This document shows, piece after piece, positions 48,600 through 60,247 of a stretch of 64,000 nt of DNA. The notes beneath the pieces were generated by a model. It searched no databases and was not told the DNA's origin. It saw only the letters and a list, made by a program, of their open reading frames with translations. This DNA comes from Macrostomum lignano (taxonomy: Eukaryota): assembly GCA_002269645.1 (NCBI GenBank), contig NIVC01001162.1, positions 54,437 through 118,436 of the forward strand. Reading direction: 5' to 3'. Position 1 is the first letter of the stretch. Each line of letters begins with the position of its first letter. The translations under genes and the position numbers were made by a program.

Positions 48600-50400
48600 A
48601 TAAATAATCCTGAACTAAACTTGATTATCCCCAACTGCCTCGGCAGGGTGGAGCAGCTGATCCGGCAGTCTGGCGCGCTATTAAAAACTCGGCCAGGCTC
48701 ATTCGACTCGAATTCTCAGGTCTCGGACAGAAAGTAGATGCTCGATCGCGTTAGACAGCACCGAGTGAATTTTGATAACTTATTTTCAAACTTTTTTTTG
48801 AAACAGAACAATTGTCAAAAAAGGGATGAAGTAAACTGCAGACTGGACTTATTTTTATCCTTTGTTCGCTACCTTTTTTATTAAAAAGTGAAAAATTACC
48901 TCTTCTGTCCTCGCCTGCTGTAAATTCACGATTCACCATCAGTTATTATTGTATTTGCCCAACCCGGAGCCTGACTGATCGATATATACACACTAACAAA
49001 CTAATATTCACATTTTTCATTTCGCTACTTATCAACTCGAAGCGGGAAGGGGGCAATCGCTTCAATAAATAATAATACAACAGCATCAGTTTTCGGGACG
49101 CGAGATCAGCGGAGTCGTTCACAGTCGGTCCGTTCGATCCGATTTGATATCATTTTTCACTTTTCAGCGAATTAATTGATTTCGGTCACACTGGAAAACG
49201 TACATTATTATTTGTTTTAATTTCGCCTTTGAACTCTCTGATAAATTGATAAGGATTGATATTTATTGTATGTCTCTTAACTGTGTGCAGCATTAGTTCT
49301 TATATTTATTATTTACAACTAGTACATTTTTCCAATTCATATAAAATATCATTGATTAGCTTTTTTGCACGTTTGCGTTCTTTTTTGTGTTTTGTTTTAC
49401 TTCGTTTCCTGTTGTTTGTTGGAGTATCTTCGATGCGCTTTTGTTTGATATGTTGATTAATTATTAATGATTAAATAATTACTTTTTATTGCTGATCGGC
49501 ACCAGTATTTTGGGCTTCCTTGCCCATCCGCCACCTCATCCGCCCCATCATCCGCTCCCCATCCGCCACCTCATCCGCCCCATCATCCGCTCCCCATCCG
49601 CCACCTCATCCGCCCCATCATCCGCTCCCCATCCGCCACCTCATCCGCCCCATCATCCGCTCCCCATCCGCCACCTCATCCGCCCCATCATCCGCTCCCC
49701 ATCCGCCACCTCATCCGCCACCTCATCTGCTCCCCATCCGGCCCCTCATCCGCCCCTCACCCGCCCCCCAATCCGCCCCTCATCCGCCACCCCACCCACC
49801 CCCATCCGCCCTTTCATTCTCCACCTCATCCACCCCCGTGTTTCTTTCTTCCGCTCCATATGTCATTAACATGCATTATCACTTAGTACTGCTCTTAGTG
49901 AAATTTCTATTAATTAATAGTGATCGGTATGCACCTTGTAAGTCTCTCGCTCAGTGTCGAATTTCTCTTCGGAATTCAACGAATTGCCGTTAGAAAAATG
50001 AACCCATTTCCTGACCTTTCCCACTGCTCACTTCCATTGCGTCTCTGTACTTCAGGTGCACTGTGTACTTACTGTATCTTTGTAAGTTTCTTTTAATTAC
50101 CCGTCAATGCAGGAATCATTGAGCGGCTTCTGAGCACAGCGTCGCTCTCGCTCTCACCCGCACTTTATGGCCCAGCCCACCGATCTGATTCGCGAGAGAT
50201 GATTCTGATCCCCAATTCAGCCGAATGGTAATCAACCTATTTTTTACTATTTTTATCCCCGTCGCGAAATCTCCCCGGGAATCTGCGTGTTTTTCATTTT
50301 ATCCAAGCGAAATTCTGCTTCGATTTGAATATCTGCTGCGTCCTGCTTTGCAGGCCACACCTTTTGATTGTGGTTCGTTTTATTATTAATTGTTAACAAT
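48600..50400. promoter_or_regulatory. CpG-retaining non-coding region, probable promoter and 5'UTR exons of TBL1
   Basis: Unique, CpG-containing, no credible ORF; nearest downstream + strand ATG exon is at 56570. Inference. Confidence 0.3.
49522..49830. repeat. About 35-bp C-rich repeat built on CATCCGCC
   Basis: Direct repeats. Confidence 0.9.
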
Positions 50401-50660
50401 ATATATACGAGTATATGACTTTTCTGTTGAATTTTTACCTTTTAAATGTTCCTCTGATGTTTCCTTGTTTAAATTGTTTGTTATTTGTTTATTAAACTTC
50501 AGTTGCTTCAGTTTTGTCTGTTAACTCAGCTGTTCAGGACTTACAGTTTAGGATGCATGAGAGAAAATTTATACTTATAAGATTTAATAGCAATCTTTGT
50601 AAATTACTATTAAAATTGTTCTGACCGTGTCTTGGTACAAAGAGATACATATGTACATGT

Positions 50661-52068
50661 CGGGTCTATGAAATTTGCTTGCCGAGGTTTGCTTGCCGAA
50701 GTTTGCTTGCCGAGCTTTGCTTGCGGAATTTTGCTTGCCGAAGTTTGCTTGCCGAGCTTTGCTTGTGGAATTTTGCTTGCAGGAATTTTGCTTGCCGAAG
50801 TTTGCTTGCCGAGCTTTGCTTGCGGAATTTTGCCTGCCGAACTTTGCTATTTTATTAGTAAAGTAGGGTTCTATTTTAGCTTTCGTTCCTCGGTGACAAG
50901 TACACTACTACTAGTACTCGTGCAAATCCGCTAGTCCAAGTTCGTTTACATTTTTATACAATTAATATTAGTATATGCATTCATTAGCATCACTACAATT
51001 ATCATCCTGCTCAGTGCTGAAATCAGGAACTAAAAAGATTTATACTGTTACTGATCCCTAACTACCTATATTGAATCTCTAATCATTATACGAGTCGTAT
51101 ATAATAATTCTTAGAATGAAACTCTATACACCTAGTTTGAAAGCTTAGTGTCAAGTCAGTTTATGTCGACGCTGATAAGAATCCACTTGCAAAGCAACTG
51201 TAGTATGTAATAATTGACTGACCAACTTCACAAGCCATCAAACAAGCAAGCAAACAAGAAAATAATTCGGCAAGTTAAAACCTTGCAATTGTGATTGCGA
51301 ATTTCTAGGAAGCAGACATCGAAATTCCGCAAGCAAACTTCGGCAAGCAAAGCTCGGCAAGCAAAATTCCGCAAGCAAAGCTCGGCAAGCAAACTTCGGC
51401 AAGCAAAATTCCGCAAGCAAACTTCGGCAAGCAAAGTTCGGCAAGCAAAATTCCTGCAAGCAAAATTCCGCAAGCAAAGTTCGGCAAGCAAACTTCGGCA
51501 AGCAAAATTCCGCAAGCAAAGTTCGGCAAGCAAAATTCCGCAAGCAAAGTTCAACAAGCAAAATTCCGCAAGCAAAGTTCGGCAAGCAAACCTCGGCAAG
51601 CAAAATTCGGCAAGCAAAGTTCGGCAAGCAAAGTTCGACAAGCAAAGCTCGGCAAGCAAACTTTGGCAAGCAAAATTCCGCAAGCAAACCTCGGCAAGCA
51701 AACCTCGGCAAGCAAAATTCCGCAAGCAAAGTTCGGCAAGCAAACTTCGGCAAGCAAAATTCCGCAAGCAAACTTCGGCAAGCAAACCTCGGCAAGCAAA
51801 ATTCCTGCAAGCAAAGTTCGGCAAGCAGACTTCAGCAAGCAAACCTCGGCAAGCAAAATTCGGCAAGCAAAGTTCGGCAAGCAAAGTTCGGCAAGCAAAA
51901 TTCCGCAAGCAAAGTTCGGCAAGCAAACCTCGGCAAGCAAAATTCCGCAAGCAAACTTCGGCAAGCAAAATTCCGCAAGCAAACTTCGGCAAGCAAAGTT
52001 CGGCAAGCAAAATTCCTGCAAGCAAAGTTCGGCAAGCAAACTTCCCGCAAGCAAACGTCGTACTCCCG
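50661..52068. mobile_element. Foldback-like element: two oppositely oriented arrays of an about 15-bp TTTGCTTGCCGAAG unit with a unique core and a 7-bp flanking duplication
   Basis: Left array 50672-50850, right inverted array 51321-52055; termini CGGGTCTATG and CGTACTCCCG; TACATGT at 50654-50660 and 52069-52075. Confidence 0.7.
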
Positions 52069-53501
52069 TACATGTTTATCATTCTGCTAGTATAAAGTTC
52101 GCAATCTAATGAACAGCAATTAGTAGGTGTAATAATTTGGCAATGAATGATAAAACAGACTCGACCATATCATCATACAAATAATTACATAATGCAATTT
52201 TTTGTACTTTTACTAATTGGAGCCTTTTAAGCTTGTTGAGGATCATCACCAGTTTACCATGCTCGTGTAGCATTGTAGCCACATATTATTCGTTAACCTT
52301 AAATGGCCGCCTAAGTTGATCAGTACATAAAGAAAAATATAAAACTTCACTGTACATTTTTCAGATGTCCATGCAACATCACGCAACTCTATTTGTACAT
52401 GTAATAACATTGGTGATTATATTAGGCAAAGATAATGTACATTTTGAAAGCTTGATATACGTCTGACAAGATCGACTGCCTAAAGCTTAACTCGTAACCC
52501 AAATTGCTTGATTAGAATAGCTTCGGCGGCGTCGATGCACAGGTAGCTGATAGCGTAGGACCTGAAGGGACATTTTTCAAAAAATCTACTGGTTTATTTG
52601 ACCTCATTATTGATTAACTTTTAATGAAATTATACTATTTTTCTTTTCAGATAAATTGGGTCCAGAACTAAATCTTCTGCTAGAAACAGGATGCGTGGGA
52701 AAAAAAGCGTTTCATTTATTTTAAATGTTTATTAACTTTTACAGGAAACGTTCTAGAACATTTTAAAACAGATTCTGAAAACGGTGCACTTCTGAAAAAT
52801 AACAACAACCGGTTACAACCCTAACAGATTTTAAGCTGCAGTGTCAATTTAATTAATAGCTTGGCCTAGTGGGAGTAATTTTCATTGATTTTGCTTTTTC
52901 AGTTTCTTTTGCGTTTGCTTTTTGGTAGCTAATTTGGAGTTTAGATGAAAACCTGGATCGAGGCTTGAGCCTGTAAAGCGAAGCGGCATGCGGCAACTGT
53001 TTCTACGAAGTGTGAAGTTGTTCAATAATAACAACACAGATGCTGGCACTGTGTGGACTTCATTGGGAATTTTCATGGCTGCTAGCCGATGGTGTGTCTC
53101 CAGTACGCTGGGCTTTTTTGCAGGCACTAAGATGCAAGGTCCAATTTCAGGATGTGATTTGGAAAGACATGATATTATAGCATATGTAGTAGTACATAAC
53201 CAAGGTTTTTTTGTTGGCTTGGCACTAGGATCGGCTGCAACATTGCATCCAAAGTCTAGGTTGGGGAATGCAATTTTGAGTCAGGATACTATACCACCTT
53301 TATTGCACAAACTGACAAAAGTCAAAAACTAGGCATAAACCTAGCCAGTATGAGTCTAAGATAGGTCTATAGCTATTCTATATTATAGACATGGCTGCTA
53401 TATCTATAAGTATGGACCTAGTCACTATTAGAAACAGCCTATAGTCAGAAAGAGGACCTTTTTCATGGAAAATTTTAGAACAAAAGGGGTCTAGATATGT
53501 T

Positions 53502-54267
53502 GGCTATCCTTCAGTTTTGTTCGTTTAATTATTTTCAGAGTCTTATATTATTTTTTACCCCTTTTTCAGCTTGGTGGGTCGCCTATCTGCTCTGACGACG
53601 ATTTTTGCGACACGAAATAAGACTATCAAATTATTTGGTAGCCTTTATAGTACTTGCGATGGAAGAACTTAGACTCGTTCACCTCAACTTCCACGTTTGG
53701 GCCACCAAGCTGCATAGGGTGGTCAATCAGGACTTGGGCACAGACATCATGGCAGAAGTTGGCCCAATCGATGGTTGTGGCCTATGCTGTCAAGTGGCAT
53801 TGCCGCATGGTATCCTTCATCGGTGTCTTGAGGGCCCACCAGTACAGGAAGTCCACCAGTTGGGTTAGCTGCAGGTGGCTACGCTCAAAGAATGAGCCCT
53901 TCCTGATGGATTCCTGAGCGCGGCAGTCCTTGCAGGCCCAGGCCCAGCCATCAATGTAACGATCACCTTGACGACATTGAAGCCGCATTTGGAGTATCGT
54001 AGGGCAGTTGTCGTTGTAGCACTGGCACTCGTTGGGCAGCAGCTGGTACTTTGCCAGCCAGCACATCACAGATTGCGTGTCAGCAGTCAGGATACCGAGG
54101 TCACGCATCTTCATAAATGGAAGATCACATAGGTCAGTTGTTGGCCTGACCTCAGCCGATGGGACAATCGTCGTCGGAGCAGATGGGTGACCCACCATGC
54201 TAAAAAAGGGGTAAAAAATAATATAAGACTCTGAAAATAATTAAACGAACGAAACTGAAGGATAGCT
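53502..54267 (-). mobile_element. Internally deleted Merlin/IS1595-like DNA transposon, copy 3, with 102-bp TIRs and a 9-bp TSD
   Basis: TIRs 53502-53603 and 54166-54267 (7 mismatches), starting GG. TSD AGATATGTT / GGATATGTC. ORF ..WACKDCRAQESIRKGSFFERSHLQLTQLVDFLYWW..*ATTIDWANFCHDVC..LGGPNVEVEVNESKFFHRKY; C-terminal half missing. Confidence 0.88.
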
Positions 54268-55010
54268 GGATATGTCTCGCCAGATGCCAGTAGACTCTGG
54301 TACAATAGTAGGTAGAAAAAAATCTAGTGCAATATGGTACTAGAAAAAAATGTAAGGCAATTTGATAAAAATATTAAAGTAAAAATCAACATAGATTATA
54401 TTCTTTCAATGTGTTTTGGTCCAACTAGGGCCATTTTCAGGTCTGGTGTATTTTTAGTCACACAACAACTTTTATAGGGCCTAAGAGATAAGCAAACAAA
54501 TGTTTAGGCCTATTGTATAGTCTAAAGGACATATCATGGGCAGAATTTTCATTGAAATATGGTGCTTTCAATTCATTGAAAATTTTGCCCATGATGATAG
54601 GCCTATGTCCTTTGGACTATACAGTAAATATTTATATATAAGATACCAAATGGCATTTGTGATTAAAACTAAAAATACCTATAGGTTTATTATAGTAGTT
54701 AATAATTATTCTACAATCTAAATGATATTGACTCAAGTTTTTTTTCAATCTTGCCATTCTATTTCAAAAAGTTTCTCAAAGTTTTTAGACTTAGTATTAG
54801 TATACATTTCATTTTTTAATAACTTTATTAGTATTTAAATTTTTAAACTTTTTATAGATTGTAAAATGCAAAGCTAATATAATAAACTTCTTAACTAATA
54901 ATAGCAATAGTTTGTAATACCAATAGATATACTTGAAATTTTGACAAAATTTCCATTGTTTTTACTGTTCCAAAAGGTTAAATAGATTTAATGCCTTAAC
55001 CAAGAAAAAA

Positions 55011-55183
55011 CTCACAGATCCACTTTAGACTTAGTGCACCTTGACACATGGTCTGATATTGTGGTCTGGAAATTCCAGTGCTGCATGTTTGATACTGCTA
55101 ATGGCTGCACTCTTATTGCATGCCACAGCTTCTTGTTATGGCAATATAGACTTTTTGCACCTGATGCACTTGTCATCCAACAT
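55011..55183 (-). mobile_element. Degraded PHD-finger coding fragment, probably from a MULE-type element
   Basis: CIRCKKSILP*QEAVAC..CSH*QYQTCSTGISRPQY..LKWICE with one frameshift. Confidence 0.5.
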
Positions 55184-56569
55184 TGTAATTATAATTTTGT
55201 CTTAGTATGTCAAAAGGTGACTTGTGGAATTTATATTACATGTACAACATCCAAGCTAGACCAGCACTACACTACCACTTCAATAACAATGTGCAGCAAT
55301 AGTATAATAGCTATAGAGGGGTTAAGTGGTAAAGCATAACAAATCCCTCTCTTGGCCAAATTTGGGTGTTCTCCAGGGCACATAGTTTGTACACTGCCTG
55401 ACAACAAGAAAATCAAGGCAGATGTACACCTAGTGGGCATTCTTGAATGGGCCTTGAAATGCCCAAAGCAATCCTAGCAAACTAACCAACTTTACATAAC
55501 CGAATTAAACACTTATTACCCATTTTCCTTACATCCACTCTACTCTACTCTCAAATGTACATGAAACTACATGTACATCTTTCAGCACTAGGCACAATGA
55601 ACCTTTAACTGAATGCACCCTTTTAAACAATGAACACTTCAATTGATTAGACTAAAATTAACAAAATCTTTAGACAAAATATTGTGCCCCAATATTTTCT
55701 GACAAAGTGTCCTGGATGAAATGTCCCTCAGACAAAATAACATAGATTCTGTGCGAGAACTATTCCTAACAAATATGTTTATGTTTGTTTGCACTAAATG
55801 TTAGAACTATTTTTGTCAAACAACATAAGAAATATCTTAAGGCCTAATTTTTAGATTAATTTTATTTGTGTAGCTTAAGGTCCTTCACTAAAATATTTAA
55901 AGTGTTGCTACCAACTTATCAATATCAGTTTTTGTTTGGAAAAATACTAGTAAAACTTATTTAAATGTTTTATAAGAACTAGGCCTACAATAATGATATT
56001 GACATATTTTAAGCCTAATTAAAAAAGCTATTCAATATGCTAGTAAATAAAAAGACCAATTTTTGTCCTATATCAAATTGAGGTAAGGTAGCATGCTTTA
56101 GAAGGCAAAGAAATATAAAAGAAATTCTGGATCCCAAATTGAAAACAGGGTTTAGACTGCTAACACTGCTTTTACATTGCTATGCCTTTCTAAGTTACAA
56201 AAGTCTGCATATTTTTTTAGATTTTTAAAGTAAAGTATTAGAATTTTACTTCCATTTTACAAATATCAGTCTTGAAATCCAAGAATTTCAATATGATATA
56301 TAATTATTAATACCTGAAATAAAATATGAATTATAGAAAATATGGAAATTAAACTAAATGGTATCTAACTTTGAAGAAATACAAGGTGCCCATTTGGCAT
56401 CCAAATTAGAGTTCAGGATCAAGTTGATGTAAAGATGCATGCTATGGCAATAATTGTAGATAAAAAAATTTACATATTTACTAATCTGTAAATTTTTGCC
56501 TTTCAGATTATGTATTTATGATCTATTTAGGCAGCCACTAATTAGTTTTGGCATATCCAACTCGAGGAA

Positions 56570-56627
56570 ATGAGCTTCAGCAGTGATGAGGTCAACTTTC
56601 TCATCTATCGTTATCTGCAAGAGTCTG
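56570..56627 (+). CDS. TBL1XR1: TBL1X/TBL1XR1 (ebi) exon 1, LisH start
   Basis: MSFSSDEVNFLIYRYLQES-G|gtgag. Confidence 0.93.
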
Positions 56628-56697
56628 GTGAGAAAAGAATCTTATTCTCTGTTATTTATGGATTAATAAAGGCCATTTAATTACATATTCTGTCTCC

Positions 56698-56950
56698 AGT
56701 CCATACCAGAGGTTCCTATCACCCTCAGACTGGGTCTCCTATCCATACTAGAGGTCCCTATGGTCCTCAGGCTGGGTCTCCTATCCATGCCAGAGGTCCC
56801 TATGGTCCTCAGGCTGGGTCTCCTATCCATGCCAGAGGTCCCTATGGTCCTCAGGCTGGGTCTCCTATACATGCCAGAGGTTCCTATGGTCCTCTCCTAT
56901 ACATGCCAGATTGCCAGAGGTCCCTAGTGTCCTCAAACTAGGTCTCCAAT
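56698..56950. repeat. 42-bp minisatellite in TBL1 intron 1, about 5 copies
   Basis: CCATGCCAGAGGTCCCTATGGTCCTCAGGCTGGGTCTCCTAT. Confidence 0.9.
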
Positions 56951-57007
56951 CCAAATGTCGTCAAGGACAACGCAGCCAGTCCCTTTGCCTCTGCTCTGTC
57001 CACCCAG

Positions 57008-57267
57008 GCTACCTGCACTCGGCCTACATGTTCGGCATGGAGAGCCACATCTCCAGCACCAACATTAATGGGGCCATGGTGCCTCCAGCGGCCCTGCTGC
57101 AGATCATCCAGAAGGGCCTGCAGTACACCGAAGCTGAGATCAGCGTCGGCGAAGACGGCGGCGAACGGGCGGTGGAGTCTCTGTCGCTGATTGACTCGGT
57201 CATGCCAGAGGTGGTTGAGATGCGAAAGAAACAGCTGCTGGAGGCTGAAAAGAGCCGGCGTCTGAAG
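57008..57267 (+). CDS. TBL1XR1: TBL1 exon 2 (LisH and F-box-like region)
   Basis: tccacccag|GC; [64 protein letters not shown]; AAG|gtatga. Confidence 0.93.
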
Positions 57268-57319
57268 GTATGAGGCTCACTCTGCTGGGTGGGGACGAAT
57301 ACAGTCGGAGATAGTGAGA

Positions 57320-58112
57320 CACAGGGGATAGATTGAGAGACAGGGGTAGGGTGAGAGACACAGGGGTAGGGTGAGAGACACAGGGGTAGGGTGAGAGACA
57401 CAGGGGTAGGGTGAGAGACACAGGGGTAGGGTGAGAGACACAGGGGTAGGGTGAGAGACACAGGGGTAGGGTGAGAGACACAGGGGTAGGGTGAGAGACA
57501 CAGGGGTAGGGTGAAAGACACGGGTAAGGTGAGAGACACGGGTAGGGTGAGAGACACAGGGGTAGGGTGAGACACAGGGGTAGGGTGAGACACAGGGGTA
57601 GGGTGAGACACAGGGGTAGGGTGAGACACAGGGGTAGGGTGAGAGACACAGGGGTAGGGTGAGAGACACAGGGGTAGGGTGAGACACAGGGGTAGGGTGA
57701 GACACAGGGGTAGGGTGAGAGACACAGGGGTAGGGTGAGAGACACAGGGGTAGGGTGAGAGACACAGGAGACAGGGTGAGACAGGGGACAGTGAGACAGG
57801 GTGAGACAGGGACAGAGTGAGACAGGGGACAGTGAGACAGGGTGAGACAGGGGACAGAGTGAGACAGGAGACAGAGTGAGACAGGAGACAGAGTGAGACA
57901 GGGGACAGAGTGAGACAGGGGACAGAGTGAGACAGGGGACAGAGTGAGACAGGGGACAGAGTGAGACAGGGGACAGAGTGAGACAGAGGACAGAGTGAGA
58001 CAGGGACAGAGTGAGACAGGGGACAGAGTGAGACAGGGACAGAGTGAGACAGGGGACAGAGTGAGACAGGGGACAGAGTGAGACAGGGGACAAAGTGAGA
58101 CAGGGGACAGAG
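57320..58112. repeat. Two adjoining purine-rich arrays in TBL1 intron 2: 18-20-bp GAGACACAGGGGTAGGGTGA (to about 57765), then 17-bp GAGACAGGGGACAGAGT
   Basis: Direct repeats. Confidence 0.95.
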
Positions 58113-58147
58113 TGATGACAAACCAGCCGCAACCCCTGTTCTCGCAG

Positions 58148-58546
58148 TCCGAGCCCCAGTCAGAGCAGCAGCAGCAGCCGCAAACGAATGGTGCAGCGGC
58201 CCATAGCAACAGCAACAGCGGTGGCAGCAATCATCATCACGGAGCTCACAGCGGCCACAATAGCGACAAGAACGGCGCCGAACTTGCTGGCGACTTTCTT
58301 GACATCCCCGCTCAACGCGTCACGCTGCTTCGGGGCCACGAGTCTGAGGTGTTCATCTGCGCCTGGAATCCCCGCCAGGACTGCTGGCGTCTGGCAGCGG
58401 CGACTCACTGCCCGGCTGTGGGACGCCACTGATTTGGCCGCCGTGGCTGCCGGCGACTCGTCCAGGCGGATGGTGCTGCGGCACTGCATCAGCCGGGCGG
58501 CCATGGACGTGCCCAGCAACAAGGACGTGACTCGCTCGATTGGAAT
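58148..58546 (+). CDS. TBL1XR1: TBL1 exon 3 (linker and WD40-1), with three apparent 1-bp deletions
   Basis: [15 protein letters not shown]..; restoring bases near 58381, 58405 and 58531 gives [29 protein letters not shown]|gtcagt. Confidence 0.85.
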
Positions 58547-58599
58547 GTCAGTCTGGGCTTCTAATTTCTGTTAAATCTAGCGGCTTTGTGTCATTGGGA

Positions 58600-59452
58600 T
58601 TTCTGCCATGGAAATCCCCATCTAGTGGCTTGGGGTCATGGGGATATCTCCCATGGAATCCCCATCTAGTGGCTTTGGGTCATGGAATATCTCCCTGGAA
58701 TGCCGTCTAGTGGCTTTGGTCATGAGGATATCTGCCATGGAATCCCCATCTAGTGGCTTGGGTTCATTGGGATTTCTGCCATGGAATCCCCATCTAGTGG
58801 CTTTGGGTCATGGGAATATCTCCATGGAATCCCCATCTAGTGGCTTTGGGTCATGGGAATATCTCCCATGGAATCCCCATCTAGTGGCTTGGGTCATGGG
58901 ATATCTCCCATGGAATCCCCATCTAGTGGCTTGGGGTCATGGGGATATCTCCCATGGAATCCCCATCTAGTGGCTTTGGGTCATGGGAATATCTCCCATG
59001 GAATCCCCATCTAGTGGCTTGGGTCATGGAGTATCTCCCACGGAATCCCCATCTAGTGGCTTGGGGTCATGGGAATATCTCCCATGGAATCCCATCTAGT
59101 GGCTTTGGGGGTCATGGGGATATCTGCCATGGAATCCCCATCTAGTGGCTTTTGTCATGGAATATCTCCCATGGAATCCCCATCTAGTGGCTTGGGGTCA
59201 TGGGGATATCTCCCATGGAATCCCCATCTAGTGGCTTTGGTCATGGCGAATATCTTCCCATGGAAATCCCCATCTAGTGGCTTGGGGTTATGGGGATATC
59301 TGCCATGGAATCCCCATCTAGTGGCTTGGGTCATGGGAATATCTCCCATGGAATCCCCATCTAATGGCTTGGGATCATGGGATATCTGCCATGGAATCCC
59401 CATCTAGTGGCTTGGGTTCATGGGAATATCCTCCATGGAATCCCCATCTAGT
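58600..59452. repeat. About 44-bp minisatellite in TBL1 intron 3, about 19 copies
   Basis: CCATGGAATCCCCATCTAGTGGCTTTGGGTCATGGGAATATCTC. Confidence 0.95.
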
Positions 59453-59516
59453 GCCTGCACCTACGTAAATCGCAACACATTTCTCTGTTTGAAATTCGCG
59501 CCCTCCTAAACCGCAG

Positions 59517-59581
59517 TGCGATGGCCAGTCGCCTAGCAACTGGATCGTACGACGGCTACGCCAGACTTTGGACCACTGACG
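59517..59581 (+). CDS. TBL1XR1: TBL1 exon 4, with one apparent 1-bp insertion
   Basis: aaaccgcag|CDG(+C)SRLATGSYDGYARLWTTD-G|gtgagc. Confidence 0.85.
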
Positions 59582-59700
59582 GTGAGCTGCCAGCCTTCTT
59601 ACTTGGGGGGGGGGGGTTGATAGCATTTCCTGTTGACCCTTTGTTATTAGCAGCTCTCTACTGCATTTGGCTGAACAGTCGCCCGCCAATCTGTTCACAG

Positions 59701-59801
59701 GTCAGCTGTCCCGCACTCCTTGCGCCAGCACAAGGGCCCGATATTTGCACTGAAGTGGAACAAGTCCGGCCACTCTCATTCTGAGCGCTGGCGTTGACAA
59801 G
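59701..59801 (+). CDS. TBL1XR1: TBL1 exon 5, with apparent insertions
   Basis: QHKGPIFALKWNKSG..LILSAGVDK|gtgagg. Confidence 0.85.
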
Positions 59802-59889
59802 GTGAGGCTAACCGATGATGCCATTTCTATTCTCTTTGCTCCACTGCAACTTTGTTTTAAGCGATAAGTTCCGTGTCAATTTTTTTCAG

Positions 59890-59952
59890 ACCACGATTAT
59901 TTGGGGATGCGAGCACTGGCCAGGCACAGAAGCAGTTCGCTTTTTCACTCTG
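59890..59952 (+). CDS. TBL1XR1: TBL1 exon 6, with two homopolymer insertions
   Basis: ttttttcag|TTIIW(+G)DASTGQAQKQFAF(+T)HS|gtaatg. Confidence 0.83.
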
Positions 59953-60044
59953 GTAATGAGATGTCTGATGAGTGTAGTAGGGGTGCTGGTGAGGTGCGAG
60001 ACTTCGGAGAGAGGAATGCAAGAGTAAGGTGTGGGATTTTCGTA

Positions 60045-60185
60045 GAGTGAGACTCAGGTGTGAAAAGTCAGAAGAGATGAGACTCAGGTGTAAGAATTCA
60101 GAGGAAATGAGACTCATGTAAGAAATCTCAGAGGAAATGAGACTCAGGTGTAATAATTCAGAGGAAATGCAAGACTCAGGGTTGA
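60045..60185. repeat. Degenerate about 30-bp repeat in TBL1 intron 6
   Basis: GAGACTCAGGTGTAAGAATTCAGAGGAAAT-like units. Confidence 0.8.
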
Positions 60186-60247
60186 GAAGTCAGTGAATGC
60201 AAGGGTACAGATGTGAAATTAATTACGCCGGTCGCCACTTCCAACAG

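Noticed and set aside
52882-53332. Short ORFs and a possible BED-finger remnant
   Set aside because: Cys/His spacing is only suggestive and stop-ridden; it cannot be assigned without a profile search.
47511-58230. Long ORFs at 47511-48377, 51228-52109 and 57024-58230
   Set aside because: Repeat-derived periodic peptides with no domain evidence.
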